Of a DNA stretch of 64,000 nt, positions 31,499-41,955 are shown in pieces. This DNA comes from Verrucomicrobiales bacterium. GTDB taxonomy: Bacteria; Verrucomicrobiota; Verrucomicrobiia; Verrucomicrobiales; SLCJ01. The stretch is taken from positions 1 through 64,000 of the forward strand of contig JBJTQJ010000124.1 in assembly GCA_046075565.1 (NCBI GenBank), given 5' to 3'. The notes beneath the pieces were generated by a model that saw only the letters and a list, made by a program, of their open reading frames with translations, was not told the DNA's origin and ran no database searches. The translations under genes and the position numbers were made by a program. Position 1 is the first letter of the stretch; every line of letters begins with the position of its first letter.

Positions 31499-33133
31499 TT
31501 AACGGCAAACCGGGCAGTTATTGATGTTCGTGAAGAAATCGTTCCCTTTGTTATCGACGAGGATGAAGGCGGGGAAATTTTCCACGGTAATTTTCCAGAC
31601 GGCTTCCATGCCAAGCTCCGGGAAAGCGACGACTTCCTGGCTCTTGATATGATTCTGGGCCAGCAGCGCGGCGGGTCCACCGGCCGAGCCGAGATAGAAG
31701 CCCCCGTGCTTCTTGCAGGCATCGGTCACCGCTTGGGAGCGGTTTCCTTTGGCCAACATGACCATGGAACCTCCGTGCGATTGGAACAAATCAACGTAGC
31801 TGTCCATACGCCCTGCGGTGGTAGGCCCGAAGGATCCCGAGGCCATACCCTGCGGTGTCTTGGCCGGTCCGGCGTAATACACCGGATAGTCCTTGATGTA
31901 GGCGGGCAGCTCGCCCGTTTGTTCGAGGATTTCCTTGATCTTGGCATGGGCGATATCACGCGCGACGATGATCGTCCCACTGAGCGCGACCGCTGTCGTG
32001 ACGGGGTATTTCGAGAGCGTTTTGAGGGTCTCCTCCATGCCGAGATCCAGATTTACCGCCACGCCCTTGAATTTCCAATCATGGTATTTCTCCGGAATGA
32101 AGCGGCCCGGATTGGTTTCGAGTTTTTCGAGGAAGATCCCATCCTTGGTGATCTTGGCTTTCGCCTGACGGTCGGCCGAGCAGGAAACACCAATGCCCAC
32201 CGGGCAGGATGCTCCATGGCGTGGCAGACGCACGACACGAACGTCGAGTGCGAAATACTTTCCTCCGAACTGGGCGCCAATGCCGAGTTTCCGCGCCTCT
32301 TCGAGCAACTCCGCTTCGAGCGCCCGATCACGGAAGGCCTGGCCATGTTCGTTGCCTTTTTCCGGCAGGGCGTCGAGGTATTTGGTTGAAGCAAGTTTGA
32401 CCGTCTTGAGACAGGCTTCAGCGGAAGTGCCGCCGAAGACGAAGGCGAGATGGTAAGGCGGGCATGCGGCCGTGCCCAGCGAGCGCATTTTCTCGATGCA
32501 GAATTCCTTGAGCCGCTTCGGATTCAGCAAAGCCTTCGTTTCCTGATAAAGGAAGGTCTTGTTCGCCGAGCCGCCGCCTTTCGAAACAAAGAGGAACTTG
32601 TAGGCATCACCATCGGTGGCGTAGATATCGATCTGCGCGGGCAGGTTGGTGCGTGTATTCACCTCCTCATACATGTCCAGCGGCGCGGTTTGCGAATAAC
32701 GGAGATTTTCCTTGGTGTAGGTCTCGTAGATCCCCTTGGAAAGGAATTCCGCATCGTCCACACCGGTCCACACGCGCTGGCCTTTCTTCGCCACGATGGT
32801 GGCGGTGCCGGTGTCTTGGCAGAATGGCAGGATGCCCCGAGCCGCGATCTCCGCGTTCTTCAACATCATGAGTGCGACCATGCGATCGTTCTCCGTCGCT
32901 TCCGGATCCTCAAGAATGGCGGCCACCTGTGCGAGATGGGCCGGACGCAGCGTGAAATTGATGGCCCGGCTGGCTTCATGGGCGAGCATGGTGAGCGCTT
33001 CCGGCGCGACCTTGAGGACCGTCTGACCCTCGAATTCGACCGTGGAGACGTGATCCTTGGTCAGCAACTCATATTCGGTGGTATCCGGTCCGAGCGGAAA
33101 GGGGTCCTGATAAGCGAAGGGTGGTGTGGCCAT
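31499..33133 (-). CDS. fumA: Fumarate hydratase class I (Fe-S)
   Basis: [38 protein letters not shown]. Confidence 0.95.
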   Translation of the reverse strand: MATPPFAYQDPFPLGPDTTEYELLTKDHVSTVEFEGQTVLKVAPEALTMLAHEASRAINFTLRPAHLAQVAAILEDPEATENDRMVALMMLKNAEIAARGILPFCQDTGTATIVAKKGQRVWTGVDDAEFLSKGIYETYTKENLRYSQTAPLDMYEEVNTRTNLPAQIDIYATDGDAYKFLFVSKGGGSANKTFLYQETKALLNPKRLKEFCIEKMRSLGTAACPPYHLAFVFGGTSAEACLKTVKLASTKYLDALPEKGNEHGQAFRDRALEAELLEEARKLGIGAQFGGKYFALDVRVVRLPRHGASCPVGIGVSCSADRQAKAKITKDGIFLEKLETNPGRFIPEKYHDWKFKGVAVNLDLGMEETLKTLSKYPVTTAVALSGTIIVARDIAHAKIKEILEQTGELPAYIKDYPVYYAGPAKTPQGMASGSFGPTTAGRMDSYVDLFQSHGGSMVMLAKGNRSQAVTDACKKHGGFYLGSAGGPAALLAQNHIKSQEVVAFPELGMEAVWKITVENFPAFILVDNKGNDFFTNINNCPVCR

Positions 33134-33276
33134 GCGGTACAATACGTTGATTCTGTCAGATCAAAAACCCGGAGATGCCGGGCGCAACCGGTTTTGCCTC
33201 TTCCGGGCGCAGATGCGCAAGGAATCGGAAAATGCGCGGGGTTTGCGGGGTGTCGTCCACCTTGGCCATGAATTGC

Positions 33277-34749
33277 TCAAGCGATCAAGTCCCTGATCAC
33301 GCGCGCGGGTTTGACTCCGACCAGTTTTTGGTTGAGACCCTGGTAGGGGAAACTGAAGCGACTGGCCTCGATGCCCATGAGGTGGAGCAGGGTGGCATGT
33401 AAATCACGGATATGGACTGGATTCGCGGTGACCTGGTAGCCGAGAGGATCCGTCTCTCCGTATTGCAGTCCGGGTTTCACGCCGGCCCCGGCCATCCAGA
33501 GGGTGAAGGAATTCGGGTTGTGGTCCCGCCCGATGAAGGCGGCGAATTTGTTATCCAGACCATCGCGGTTTTCCTTCATCGGGGTGCGCCCGAATTCGCC
33601 GGACCAGATCACGAGTGTGTCTTCCATCAAGCCGCGTTGTTTGAGGTCGGTGAGCAAAGCGGAAATCGGCTGGTCGATTTCACCGCACTTCCGTTTGAAG
33701 CCGAGATTGATGGCATGCTTCTCACTGTCGCCGTGTGAATCCCAACCCCAGTCGAAGAGCTGGACAAAGCGCACGCCATTTTCAACCAGCCGCCGGGCGA
33801 GCAGGCAGTTGTTGGCAAAAGATTCTTTCCCGGGCGTGCATCCGTAAGCCGCTCGCGTTACCTCAGATTCGCGGGTGATGTTCATCACTTCGGGAGCGGT
33901 CAATTGCATACGGAAGGCCATCTCGTATTGGGCGATGCGTGTGGCCGTCTCGGCATCGCCAAATTCCATTTCGCTCTGGCGGTTGATCTCCGCCAGGGCA
34001 TCGAGGGCGGCGCGGCGGGTGGCGCGATCCGTGCCTTCCGGATTGCGCAAATTGAGCACCGGGTCGCCGGCGGCCCGGCATTGCACGCCTTGGTAAACGG
34101 ATGGCAAAAATCCGGAGCCCCAGACACTTTTGCCGGAGCGTGGCATCTGACCACCCGACATGAGCACGATAAAGCCGGGCAGATTCTGGTTTTCCGAACC
34201 AAGCCCCCAAGTGACCCACGAGCCCATGGATGGATGACCAAGGACCGAATGGCCTGTATGGACCATCAGTTCGGCGGGTCCGTGGTTGAACTGGTCGGTC
34301 ACCATGGTGTGCACGAAGCAGAGATCGTCCACGTGGTTCGTGAGATGCGGAAGTTGGTCCGACACCCACGCGCCGGAGTTCCCGTATCGTTTGAACGGGA
34401 ATTGTGGGCCTAGCAACTTGGGGATCCCCTGGATGAAGGCGAAGCGCTGGCCTTCGAGAAATTCCTTCGGGCAGTCCTTGCCGTCGAACTTCGCCAGCTC
34501 TGGTTTGTAGTGGAAAAGATCGAGCGTGCTCGGCGCACCGAGCATGTGGAGGTAGATGACCCGTTTCACTTTCGGATGAAATGGCGGCGAAGCGGGCAGA
34601 AGTGGCGCCGAGGGGTCGGGCGATCGGACCAGAGGCGCCGCAAACGCATTCCCGAGCGATGAGAGATAAAGAGCCCCGAGGCCAGTCGTGCACTCGCGCA
34701 GGAAATGCCGGCGCGTGTGATGCTGAAGTGATGCTTGGTCGGGAGTCAT
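33277..34749 (-). CDS. DUF1501 domain protein (Tat signal)
   Basis: TRRHFL, RVIYLHMLGAPS, ARRLVENGVRFVQLF, GEFGRTP. Confidence 0.9.
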   Translation of the reverse strand: MTPDQASLQHHTRRHFLRECTTGLGALYLSSLGNAFAAPLVRSPDPSAPLLPASPPFHPKVKRVIYLHMLGAPSTLDLFHYKPELAKFDGKDCPKEFLEGQRFAFIQGIPKLLGPQFPFKRYGNSGAWVSDQLPHLTNHVDDLCFVHTMVTDQFNHGPAELMVHTGHSVLGHPSMGSWVTWGLGSENQNLPGFIVLMSGGQMPRSGKSVWGSGFLPSVYQGVQCRAAGDPVLNLRNPEGTDRATRRAALDALAEINRQSEMEFGDAETATRIAQYEMAFRMQLTAPEVMNITRESEVTRAAYGCTPGKESFANNCLLARRLVENGVRFVQLFDWGWDSHGDSEKHAINLGFKRKCGEIDQPISALLTDLKQRGLMEDTLVIWSGEFGRTPMKENRDGLDNKFAAFIGRDHNPNSFTLWMAGAGVKPGLQYGETDPLGYQVTANPVHIRDLHATLLHLMGIEASRFSFPYQGLNQKLVGVKPARVIRDLIA

Positions 34750-34769
34750 ATCGAGTTATTAAGGAATTT

Positions 34770-35315
34770 TTTGACCACAGATTTCACAGATGGGCACGGA
34801 TAAGATTCTGCATGAGTTGGTTTTGCTTTGGAGGATTCGTCTAGCTGGAGACGCGTTTTATTCCGAGCTTGGCATGCTTGAAGTTGAGCAAGAGGGCCGT
34901 TTTCAATCGCGTGATATTGAGGCAACCGAGCATCTGGGCCAAATGGTTTTCGTTGAAGTCGCTGACCACTTTGGTGTCGACGATGATTCGGTTTGCGACA
35001 ATGAGGTCTGGCACGAGTGTGCCTATAAGTTCATTCTGGTAGTGGACGGGGAATTGTTTTTGTGAATCGCATTGGCATCCTTGTTTTGTAAGTTCTATTA
35101 CCAGAGCCCGTTCATAAAGCTTTTCATCCAACCCGGGCTTGAGTGTGTTTCGCACGGTATAGGACGCGCCAATGATGGTTTCGGTGAGTTGTGTGTCGCT
35201 CTGCATATTGGGATGAATGATGGAGGGGGATTTTCACTATACTTCCCAAGGCGATCTTATGGCGTGCACGTGTTCTCCCCGATATCTGTGTGCATCTGTG
35301 TAATCTGTGGTTAAA
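34770..35315. mobile_element. GxxExxY cassette bounded by 32-bp periodic inverted repeats
   Basis: 34770-34801 TTTGACCACAGATTTCACAGATGGGCACGGAT versus 35284-35315 ATCTGTGTGCATCTGTGTAATCTGTGGTTAAA (27/32 complementary). Confidence 0.7.
34841..35206 (-). CDS. GxxExxY protein (PD-(D/E)XK nuclease-like)
   Basis: GLDEKLY signature, PDLIV..IVDTK, AQMLG, LLLNF; lower GC than its neighbours. Confidence 0.9.
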   Translation of the reverse strand: MQSDTQLTETIIGASYTVRNTLKPGLDEKLYERALVIELTKQGCQCDSQKQFPVHYQNELIGTLVPDLIVANRIIVDTKVVSDFNENHLAQMLGCLNITRLKTALLLNFKHAKLGIKRVSS

Positions 35316-35328
35316 TTCATGATTCGGA

Positions 35329-38160
35329 TTATTTCACCAGTGCGTCGTCGAGGTTCAGCAGAACCTTGGCGATAGTCGTGTAGGCGGAGGGCTGGCTGCC
35401 GAGTTTTTCATAGAGCCCGAGCAGTTCCTTGAGGCGTGCCTCACTCGGTGGCCTCGAGGTCGTCATACGATGTCCTGCAGCAATTTTCGCGGCGGGTTCG
35501 CCGGGGATCTCTTCAGCCATGCGCCGGGCAAGCGCCCGGGCGAACTCGGCATGGGCGGGCGAGTTGAGTGTATCGAGAGCTTGCAGTGGCGTGTTGGAAA
35601 GGATGCGCCGGGCGGTGCAGAGTTCGCGGGTGGGCGCATCGAAGGTGGCAAAGGCCGGATACGGGTTGGTGTGTTTGATATAGGTGTAGAGCGAGCGCCG
35701 GTAGCGGTCGGCATGACCGGGCGGGGGAGTTTCCCATTTCTCCTGACTCTCGAAGGGCGTCCATCCGCCTTCGGGCATCGGTGGGAAAACAGGTGGACCG
35801 TAGAGCTTTGGAGCGAGCAGGCCCGAAGCGACAAGCCCATGGTCGCGCACCGCTTCGGCGCTCAGGCGGACGCGCGGGCCACGGGCCAGCAAGCGGTTGT
35901 GGGGATCGACGTCATGGTCGGGGCGCATGGCGGCAGATTGACGGTAAGTGGCGCTGGAAACAATTTCCCGCAGCATCGCCTTCTGGCTCCAATCGTAGTG
36001 GTCGCGGAAGCGCAGGGCCAGATAGTCCAGTAATTCCGGATGACTTGGATCATCGCCGGAGGAGCCGAAGTCTTCGAGGGTCTCCACCAATCCGCGACCA
36101 AACAATTGCTCCCACATTCGGTTGACGGCGACACGGGCGGTCATGGGATTCTCGGTGGAAACAAGCCACCGGGCAAAAGCAAGGCGGTCGGCGGGAGCAT
36201 GTGTGGGCAGTGCGCCAAAAAGCGACGGAATGCCGGGCGACTGCAAAGCTTGATCCTTGTCGAGCCAGTTGCCGCGGCGGAAGAGGTGCGTGGGGCGTTG
36301 GAGATTCTCCGCCACGGCATCCATGATCGGAACATCGGCAGCTTTGTTTTTCGCGAGCGCGCCATCGATTTCCGAGATGCGGGCCAGCGAAGCCGCTTCC
36401 CCGGGATCATTGGCCAAAGTGGTCCAGCGTGGGTCGTCGGTAAGGTAAACGCGTCCGCGTTTTGCCACCATCGGGATGCTCAGCGCGGCATTCTGCTTCT
36501 GGGAGAGCGTAAGACGCAAGTTCGTGGCTTGAACCGGTTGCGTGAAGATCAAGATGCAGGAGCGCGGACGGTCAATCTTCGGGAATGCTCCCCAGCCGGT
36601 CGCCGAATCGGCAAGGCTTTGCTGCGGGTCGAAGAACGGATCGGGCTCGTCTCCGATCACTCGCGTGATGGCGATCGGGTTTTCGGTGCCGTCAGCTCCA
36701 ACGACATGCAGTTGAATCTTTGACAAAATGGCTCCCCATTCCGGCGTGTGGATCGCAGTCGCGGGATCCACAGGCAAAACCTCCACTCGCAACGCGGTGA
36801 TGTTGGTGACGGAGGCCGGTGGAGTGATCCGGAGATCAAAGACAGAACCGGTGGCCGCGGTGCCTTTCACCAGGAACTCTGGATTACCCTCGCCGGCTTT
36901 CACTTCGAGTGTGACTTGCTTTGACTCCGCCCGCATCGCGCCGGCGGGTTGCCATGCCGTGGCTTCACGGAGTGCTTGCTGGTTGGCATGGTTGGTCTCC
37001 AGCAACGACCCGCGCTCTTTCCACCAAGCGGTGAAGTTTTCCGCCATGGCCTGCTCTTTTGGCGCCGGAAGCAACGGATAGTGCTGGCTCAGATCGTAAT
37101 CCCGGGTGTTGTTGAAGAAGGCGAAGGAATTGTAATACTCGTGATGCAGAATGGGATCGTAGGGATGCGAATGGCATTGCACACAGGCCATGGTAACGCC
37201 TTGCCATGCCTCCCATGTTGTGGCGACACGGTCCATGACGGCGGCAACCCGGAATTCCTCGTCATCCGCCCCTCCCTCACCGTTGTTCTGGGACTGGCGA
37301 TGGAAATTGGTGGCGAGCAGGTCATCGATGGTGGGGGAGGGAAGCAAGTCGCCGGCGATTTGTTTGATGGTGAATTCATCAAATGGCATATCTCCGTTGT
37401 AGGCCCGCACAACCCAATCTCGGAACGGCCACGCCGGGCGCGGCAGATCGTGACCAAGGCCTTCGGTGTCCGCATAACGGGCGAGATCGAGCCAGTTGGA
37501 GGCCCACCGTTCGCCGTAGTGTGGCGGGGCCAGCAACCGGTCTATTTCGCGTTGCCATGCCGCTTCGGGATCGGATTTCCACGCGGACTCGAAGGCATCA
37601 ACCTCACCGAGGGTTGGCGGCAGGCCGGTGAGGTCGATGGACAATCGACGCAGCAGTAGCGCGGGCTCGGCTTCGGGATTGGGAGGGAGTTTCTCCGCTT
37701 CCAAGCGGGCAAGCACGAAGTGGTCGATGGTATTCTTTGGCCAATCGCCCTGCCGAACGCCGGGCGGCGGCACAAGGACAGGCTTTACGAATGCCCAATG
37801 CTCGTTCCACTTTGCTCCTTCCTGAATCCATTGGCGGAGTTTCCGCACCTCCTCTTCAGGCAATGGCGGACCGTGCTCCGGTTGGGGCATGACCAGCTCG
37901 GGATCCCTCGAAGTGACACGCCGCATCAACTCGGAAGCGTCGGGATCGCCAGCTACAATGGTTCGTTTGCCGGAATCGCCGGTCGCGAGCGCCTTTTCCT
38001 GGAAAACAAACGAGATGCCCCCGGCTTCTTTCACGCCACCATGGCAGGCGGTGCAATGGCTGGTGAGAATGGGCCGGATATCTCGGTTGAAATCGATCCC
38101 ATCCGCCATCGCGGGAAGCGCGGCAAGGCTGAGGAGGCCGGCGAGATACTTTTGGGGCAT
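35329..38160 (-). CDS. PSD1/planctomycete cytochrome c protein (DUF1549/DUF1553)
   Basis: DFNRDIRPIL..CTACH, HWAF, YGERWA..WLDLARYADT, CVQCHSHPYDP, TARVAVNRMW, NTPLQAL. Confidence 0.92.
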   Translation of the reverse strand: MPQKYLAGLLSLAALPAMADGIDFNRDIRPILTSHCTACHGGVKEAGGISFVFQEKALATGDSGKRTIVAGDPDASELMRRVTSRDPELVMPQPEHGPPLPEEEVRKLRQWIQEGAKWNEHWAFVKPVLVPPPGVRQGDWPKNTIDHFVLARLEAEKLPPNPEAEPALLLRRLSIDLTGLPPTLGEVDAFESAWKSDPEAAWQREIDRLLAPPHYGERWASNWLDLARYADTEGLGHDLPRPAWPFRDWVVRAYNGDMPFDEFTIKQIAGDLLPSPTIDDLLATNFHRQSQNNGEGGADDEEFRVAAVMDRVATTWEAWQGVTMACVQCHSHPYDPILHHEYYNSFAFFNNTRDYDLSQHYPLLPAPKEQAMAENFTAWWKERGSLLETNHANQQALREATAWQPAGAMRAESKQVTLEVKAGEGNPEFLVKGTAATGSVFDLRITPPASVTNITALRVEVLPVDPATAIHTPEWGAILSKIQLHVVGADGTENPIAITRVIGDEPDPFFDPQQSLADSATGWGAFPKIDRPRSCILIFTQPVQATNLRLTLSQKQNAALSIPMVAKRGRVYLTDDPRWTTLANDPGEAASLARISEIDGALAKNKAADVPIMDAVAENLQRPTHLFRRGNWLDKDQALQSPGIPSLFGALPTHAPADRLAFARWLVSTENPMTARVAVNRMWEQLFGRGLVETLEDFGSSGDDPSHPELLDYLALRFRDHYDWSQKAMLREIVSSATYRQSAAMRPDHDVDPHNRLLARGPRVRLSAEAVRDHGLVASGLLAPKLYGPPVFPPMPEGGWTPFESQEKWETPPPGHADRYRRSLYTYIKHTNPYPAFATFDAPTRELCTARRILSNTPLQALDTLNSPAHAEFARALARRMAEEIPGEPAAKIAAGHRMTTSRPPSEARLKELLGLYEKLGSQPSAYTTIAKVLLNLDDALVK

Positions 38161-38288
38161 TTTGTCTTTATGGTATCCGGACACAACGTTGTCGCGAAGC
38201 ACCAATACGCCCCCGTCCCCCGATTTTTGCAGAAATTGGGCAGATCTGGGGAAAAGTAGTCCCCCGGCCACGCGTATCCGGCTTCACC

Positions 38289-40697
38289 ATGCCACTACCT
38301 CGCCGAATCCATCTCGCCGCCCTGATTGCAGTTTTTGTTGGTTGGTTGATCGTCGATTGCCCCGCCGCTCCCCGCGGGCAGATGCCGAATCCCGATTTCA
38401 CAAAAGGCGAGCCGATTCCAGAGGGGGCTAGCCATGATTGGACACTCGGGGCCACGGGCGCGCGCGGTTGGATGTATTCCAATCGTCTCGAAACCAGCGA
38501 AGCCCGGCAAATCGCCATCACTAAAGTCGCCAAGGGCTCCCCGGCGGACGGGGTCTTACAAGTCGGGGATGTAATCCTCGGTATCAACCGCCAGAAATTC
38601 TCTTCCGATCCTCGTTCGGCCTTCGGCAAAGCGCTCACGCTCGCCGAAGCAGGCGACGGGAACCTCACGCTCATCCGCTGGCGCGACAATTCGGTTTCCG
38701 ATGTCTCGGTGAAACTCCCCGTGCTCGGTCGCTATAGCGCCACCGCCCCCTACGACTGCCCGAAGTCGAAGCGTATCTTCGAGGACGGCTGCAGGTCTTT
38801 AGCCAAACGGATGGAGGAATCGGATTACGCGCGGCGTCAGAATCCGATCACCCGTTCGTTGAATGCTCTCGCTCTTCTCGCGAGTGGTAATGAGGCCTAC
38901 CTTCCGCTCCTCCGCAACGAAGTGAAATGGGCATCCGAATACTCGGCCGATTCGATGCAGACGTGGTATTACGCCTACGTCATCATGTTGTTGGCGGAAT
39001 ACCAAATGGCCACCGGCGACAATGGTTTCGAAGCGGGGCTGCGCCGGCTTGCTCTCGAGGCTGCCAAAGGCCAGAGCAACGTCGGCTCCTGGGGGCACAA
39101 GTTCGCGCTTCCGGATGGCAGGCTCGCCGGTTACGGCATGATGAACGCCCCCGGAGTGCCGCTGACCATTTCGCTGATCATGGCGCGTCAGGCCGGCATC
39201 AAGGATCCCGCCATTGATCTCGCCATCTCCCGCAGCTCGAAGTTCCAGCGCTTTTACATCGGCAAAGGCGCGGTGCCTTATGGTGACCACCATCCGTGGA
39301 CCCAAAACCATGATGACAATGGCAAGTGCGGCATGGCGGGAGTCATGTTCAATTTGCTCGGGGAAAAGGACGGCGCGGAATTTTTCTCCCGCATGTGCGT
39401 GGCTTCGCACGGTCCGGAACGAGACACCGGCCACACCGGAAACTTCACCAACATGAGTTGGTCCATGCCGGGCGTAGCCTTGGCCGGTCCGCAGGCCACG
39501 GGTGCATGGATGCATGAGTTCGGCGCATGGTATTTCGACTTGGCACGCGGGTGGGACGGAAGTTTCCGTCATCAGGGACCACCGGAAAAAGCAGGAGACA
39601 AATACTTCGGCTGGGATGCCACCGGGGCCTTTCTGCTCGCCTATGCCATGCCATTGAAAAAAATCATGCTCACCGGCAAGCAGCCCAACACGGCAACACA
39701 AATCGACGCCGCCACCGCCGAATCCCTGATTCGCGACGGGCGTGGATGGTCGAACAACAATCGCAACAGCGCCTACGATTCGCTGAGCCAGGAGCAATTG
39801 CTGGAAAGACTAGGAAGTTGGTCGCCAACTGTCCGCGAGCGCTCCGCCGAGGCCCTGCAGCGCCGCAAGGGAGAAAAACCGATTGCCGCGCTTGTGGAAA
39901 TGCTGCGTTCGCCAAATCTCAATGCCCGCTACGGGGCTTGCGAGGCCCTCAAGCAGATGCGCGGCGATGCGGCCCCGGCAGTCGCGGAACTCACGGCCCT
40001 GTTAGATCACAACGATTTGTGGTTGCGTGTGGTCGCTGCGGACGCGCTCGCCAACATCGGCAAGCCGGCCATGGTCTCGTTGCCTTTGCTGCTCAAGCGT
40101 TTGGCCGAACCTCCAGCCAAAGAGGATCCACGGGGTATGGAACAGCGTTACCTCTGCTTCGCGATCTTCGGACAAATGCTCAAGGACTCTCCGGCGGGCG
40201 CTGATCCCGAAATGCTCCGGCAGGCGATCGTCGCCGGTTTGCAAAACGAGGATGGACGCGCGCGCGGCACGGTCAGTGGTATCTACGGGAAGCTCCCCTA
40301 CGATCAACTCAAGCCGCTCCTGCCCGCGATCCATCGCGCGGTCGTCGAACCCGCTCCCAGCGGTGAAATGTTCGCCGATGGCGTCCGGATTCGCGGGCTC
40401 GAATTGCTTGCCGAACACCATATTCAAGAAGGAATGAAAGCGAGCGTGGACTACATTCGATCCCAGAACAAATGGGCGAGTGAAAAGCGCACGCCCGAGT
40501 TGCTAAAGATCTTGCAAAGCTACGGGGCCCATGCAAAGGCCTTTATCCCGCAACTCCTCGAAATCGCCGATACTTTCGACAAAGGAGAGGAGGGATTCCC
40601 CGGTCAATTCAGCAAGGACAAGGCCCGGATTGTGCGAGAGGCGGTCAAAGCTATCGAAGCAGCGGAAGCCCTGCCCGAACTGAGCAAGCTTCCGTGA
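38289..40697 (+). CDS. Secreted protein with PDZ-like, DUF6288-like and HEAT-repeat regions
   Basis: Signal peptide, LGATGARGW, GSPADGVLQVGDVI (PDZ-like), GHTGNF, C-terminal HEAT repeats. Confidence 0.7.
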   Translation: MPLPRRIHLAALIAVFVGWLIVDCPAAPRGQMPNPDFTKGEPIPEGASHDWTLGATGARGWMYSNRLETSEARQIAITKVAKGSPADGVLQVGDVILGINRQKFSSDPRSAFGKALTLAEAGDGNLTLIRWRDNSVSDVSVKLPVLGRYSATAPYDCPKSKRIFEDGCRSLAKRMEESDYARRQNPITRSLNALALLASGNEAYLPLLRNEVKWASEYSADSMQTWYYAYVIMLLAEYQMATGDNGFEAGLRRLALEAAKGQSNVGSWGHKFALPDGRLAGYGMMNAPGVPLTISLIMARQAGIKDPAIDLAISRSSKFQRFYIGKGAVPYGDHHPWTQNHDDNGKCGMAGVMFNLLGEKDGAEFFSRMCVASHGPERDTGHTGNFTNMSWSMPGVALAGPQATGAWMHEFGAWYFDLARGWDGSFRHQGPPEKAGDKYFGWDATGAFLLAYAMPLKKIMLTGKQPNTATQIDAATAESLIRDGRGWSNNNRNSAYDSLSQEQLLERLGSWSPTVRERSAEALQRRKGEKPIAALVEMLRSPNLNARYGACEALKQMRGDAAPAVAELTALLDHNDLWLRVVAADALANIGKPAMVSLPLLLKRLAEPPAKEDPRGMEQRYLCFAIFGQMLKDSPAGADPEMLRQAIVAGLQNEDGRARGTVSGIYGKLPYDQLKPLLPAIHRAVVEPAPSGEMFADGVRIRGLELLAEHHIQEGMKASVDYIRSQNKWASEKRTPELLKILQSYGAHAKAFIPQLLEIADTFDKGEEGFPGQFSKDKARIVREAVKAIEAAEALPELSKLP

Positions 40698-40787
40698 CTT
40701 GGGAACGTGTGGCTCCTGATTCCTGGCACATTCGCCTCCGGCGATCAAAACTCGCTGCCCTTCGCCAAATCACGCTACATTCCTTGC

Positions 40788-41855
40788 ATGAAACTCGGAT
40801 TTGGCCTCTACCGCCACCAACTCAACGCGGATCATTTCCAATTCGCCCGCCAGTGCGGCGCCACGCATTTGGTCATCCACATGGTGGACTACTTCCGGTC
40901 CTCGCACTCGAACCGGATTGGCGACCAGCCGGTGGGCGGCGACTCCGGATGGGGGCTCGCCGGGGATCCCGATGCCTTGTGGTCCTATGAGGAACTTTGT
41001 GCCATCAGGGATGATGCGGCATTCCATGATCTCCAAATCGAAGCCATCGAGAACTTCGATCCCGCGCACTGGCACGACATCCTGCTCGACGGACCGAAAA
41101 AGTCCGAGCAATACGAAAAGCTGAAGACGATGATCCGTACCGTCGGGCGGGTCGGAATTCCCATAGTCGGCTACAACTTCTCGCTTGCTGGAGTAGCCGG
41201 GCGCGTGAAGGGTCCATGGGGCCGCGGAGGGGCGGAAGTCGTGGGCATGGAAGGTCCTTACGACAAACCGATTCCGAAGGGTATGGTCTGGAATATGATT
41301 TTCGACAATGATGCTCCGGCGGGCGATCTCGCGCCGGTGGCGGAGGAAGAGTTGTGGAGGCGGCACGGAGAGTTCCTCGACACGTTGATTCCGGTGGCCG
41401 AGGAAGCCGGTGTGATGCTCGCTGCCCACCCGGACGACCCACCCATGCCATCGGTGCGTGGGCAACCCCGCTTGGTGAACCAGCCCGGACTCTATCAGAA
41501 ACTCATCAATCGGCACGCCAGCAAACACAACGCGCTCGAGTTTTGTCTGGGCACGCTCGCGGAGATGACCGATGGCGACATCTATGAGGCGGTGGAAAGC
41601 TACAGCCGCCAGAACCGCATCGCCTATGTGCATTTTCGGAATGTGCGGGGCAAAGCTCCTTGGTATAAGGAAACCTTCGTCGATGAGGGCGATATCGACA
41701 TGCCGCGTGTCCTGCGCATTTTGCAAGAAAACGGTTTTAATGGGGTCCTCATACCCGATCACGCCCCGCAGATGACGTGCGATGCACCGTGGCACGCAGG
41801 TATGGCCTATGCCTGCGGTTGGATGATGGCCGCGCTGCAAGGAATCAGGGCGTGA
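40788..41855 (+). CDS. uxuA: Mannonate dehydratase family
   Basis: GYNF, PVAEEAGVMLAAHPDDPP, HFRNV, ETFVDEGD, IPDHAP. Confidence 0.88.
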   Translation: MKLGFGLYRHQLNADHFQFARQCGATHLVIHMVDYFRSSHSNRIGDQPVGGDSGWGLAGDPDALWSYEELCAIRDDAAFHDLQIEAIENFDPAHWHDILLDGPKKSEQYEKLKTMIRTVGRVGIPIVGYNFSLAGVAGRVKGPWGRGGAEVVGMEGPYDKPIPKGMVWNMIFDNDAPAGDLAPVAEEELWRRHGEFLDTLIPVAEEAGVMLAAHPDDPPMPSVRGQPRLVNQPGLYQKLINRHASKHNALEFCLGTLAEMTDGDIYEAVESYSRQNRIAYVHFRNVRGKAPWYKETFVDEGDIDMPRVLRILQENGFNGVLIPDHAPQMTCDAPWHAGMAYACGWMMAALQGIRA

Positions 41856-41955
41856 CCGCGGCTGTCACATCTTGTGCGACTGCATGATGTGCAGAGCGCG
41901 TTTTCTCCCCGAAGAATTGCAAGATGCGACGCGTTGGTCGCGTCATGCTGATCGA

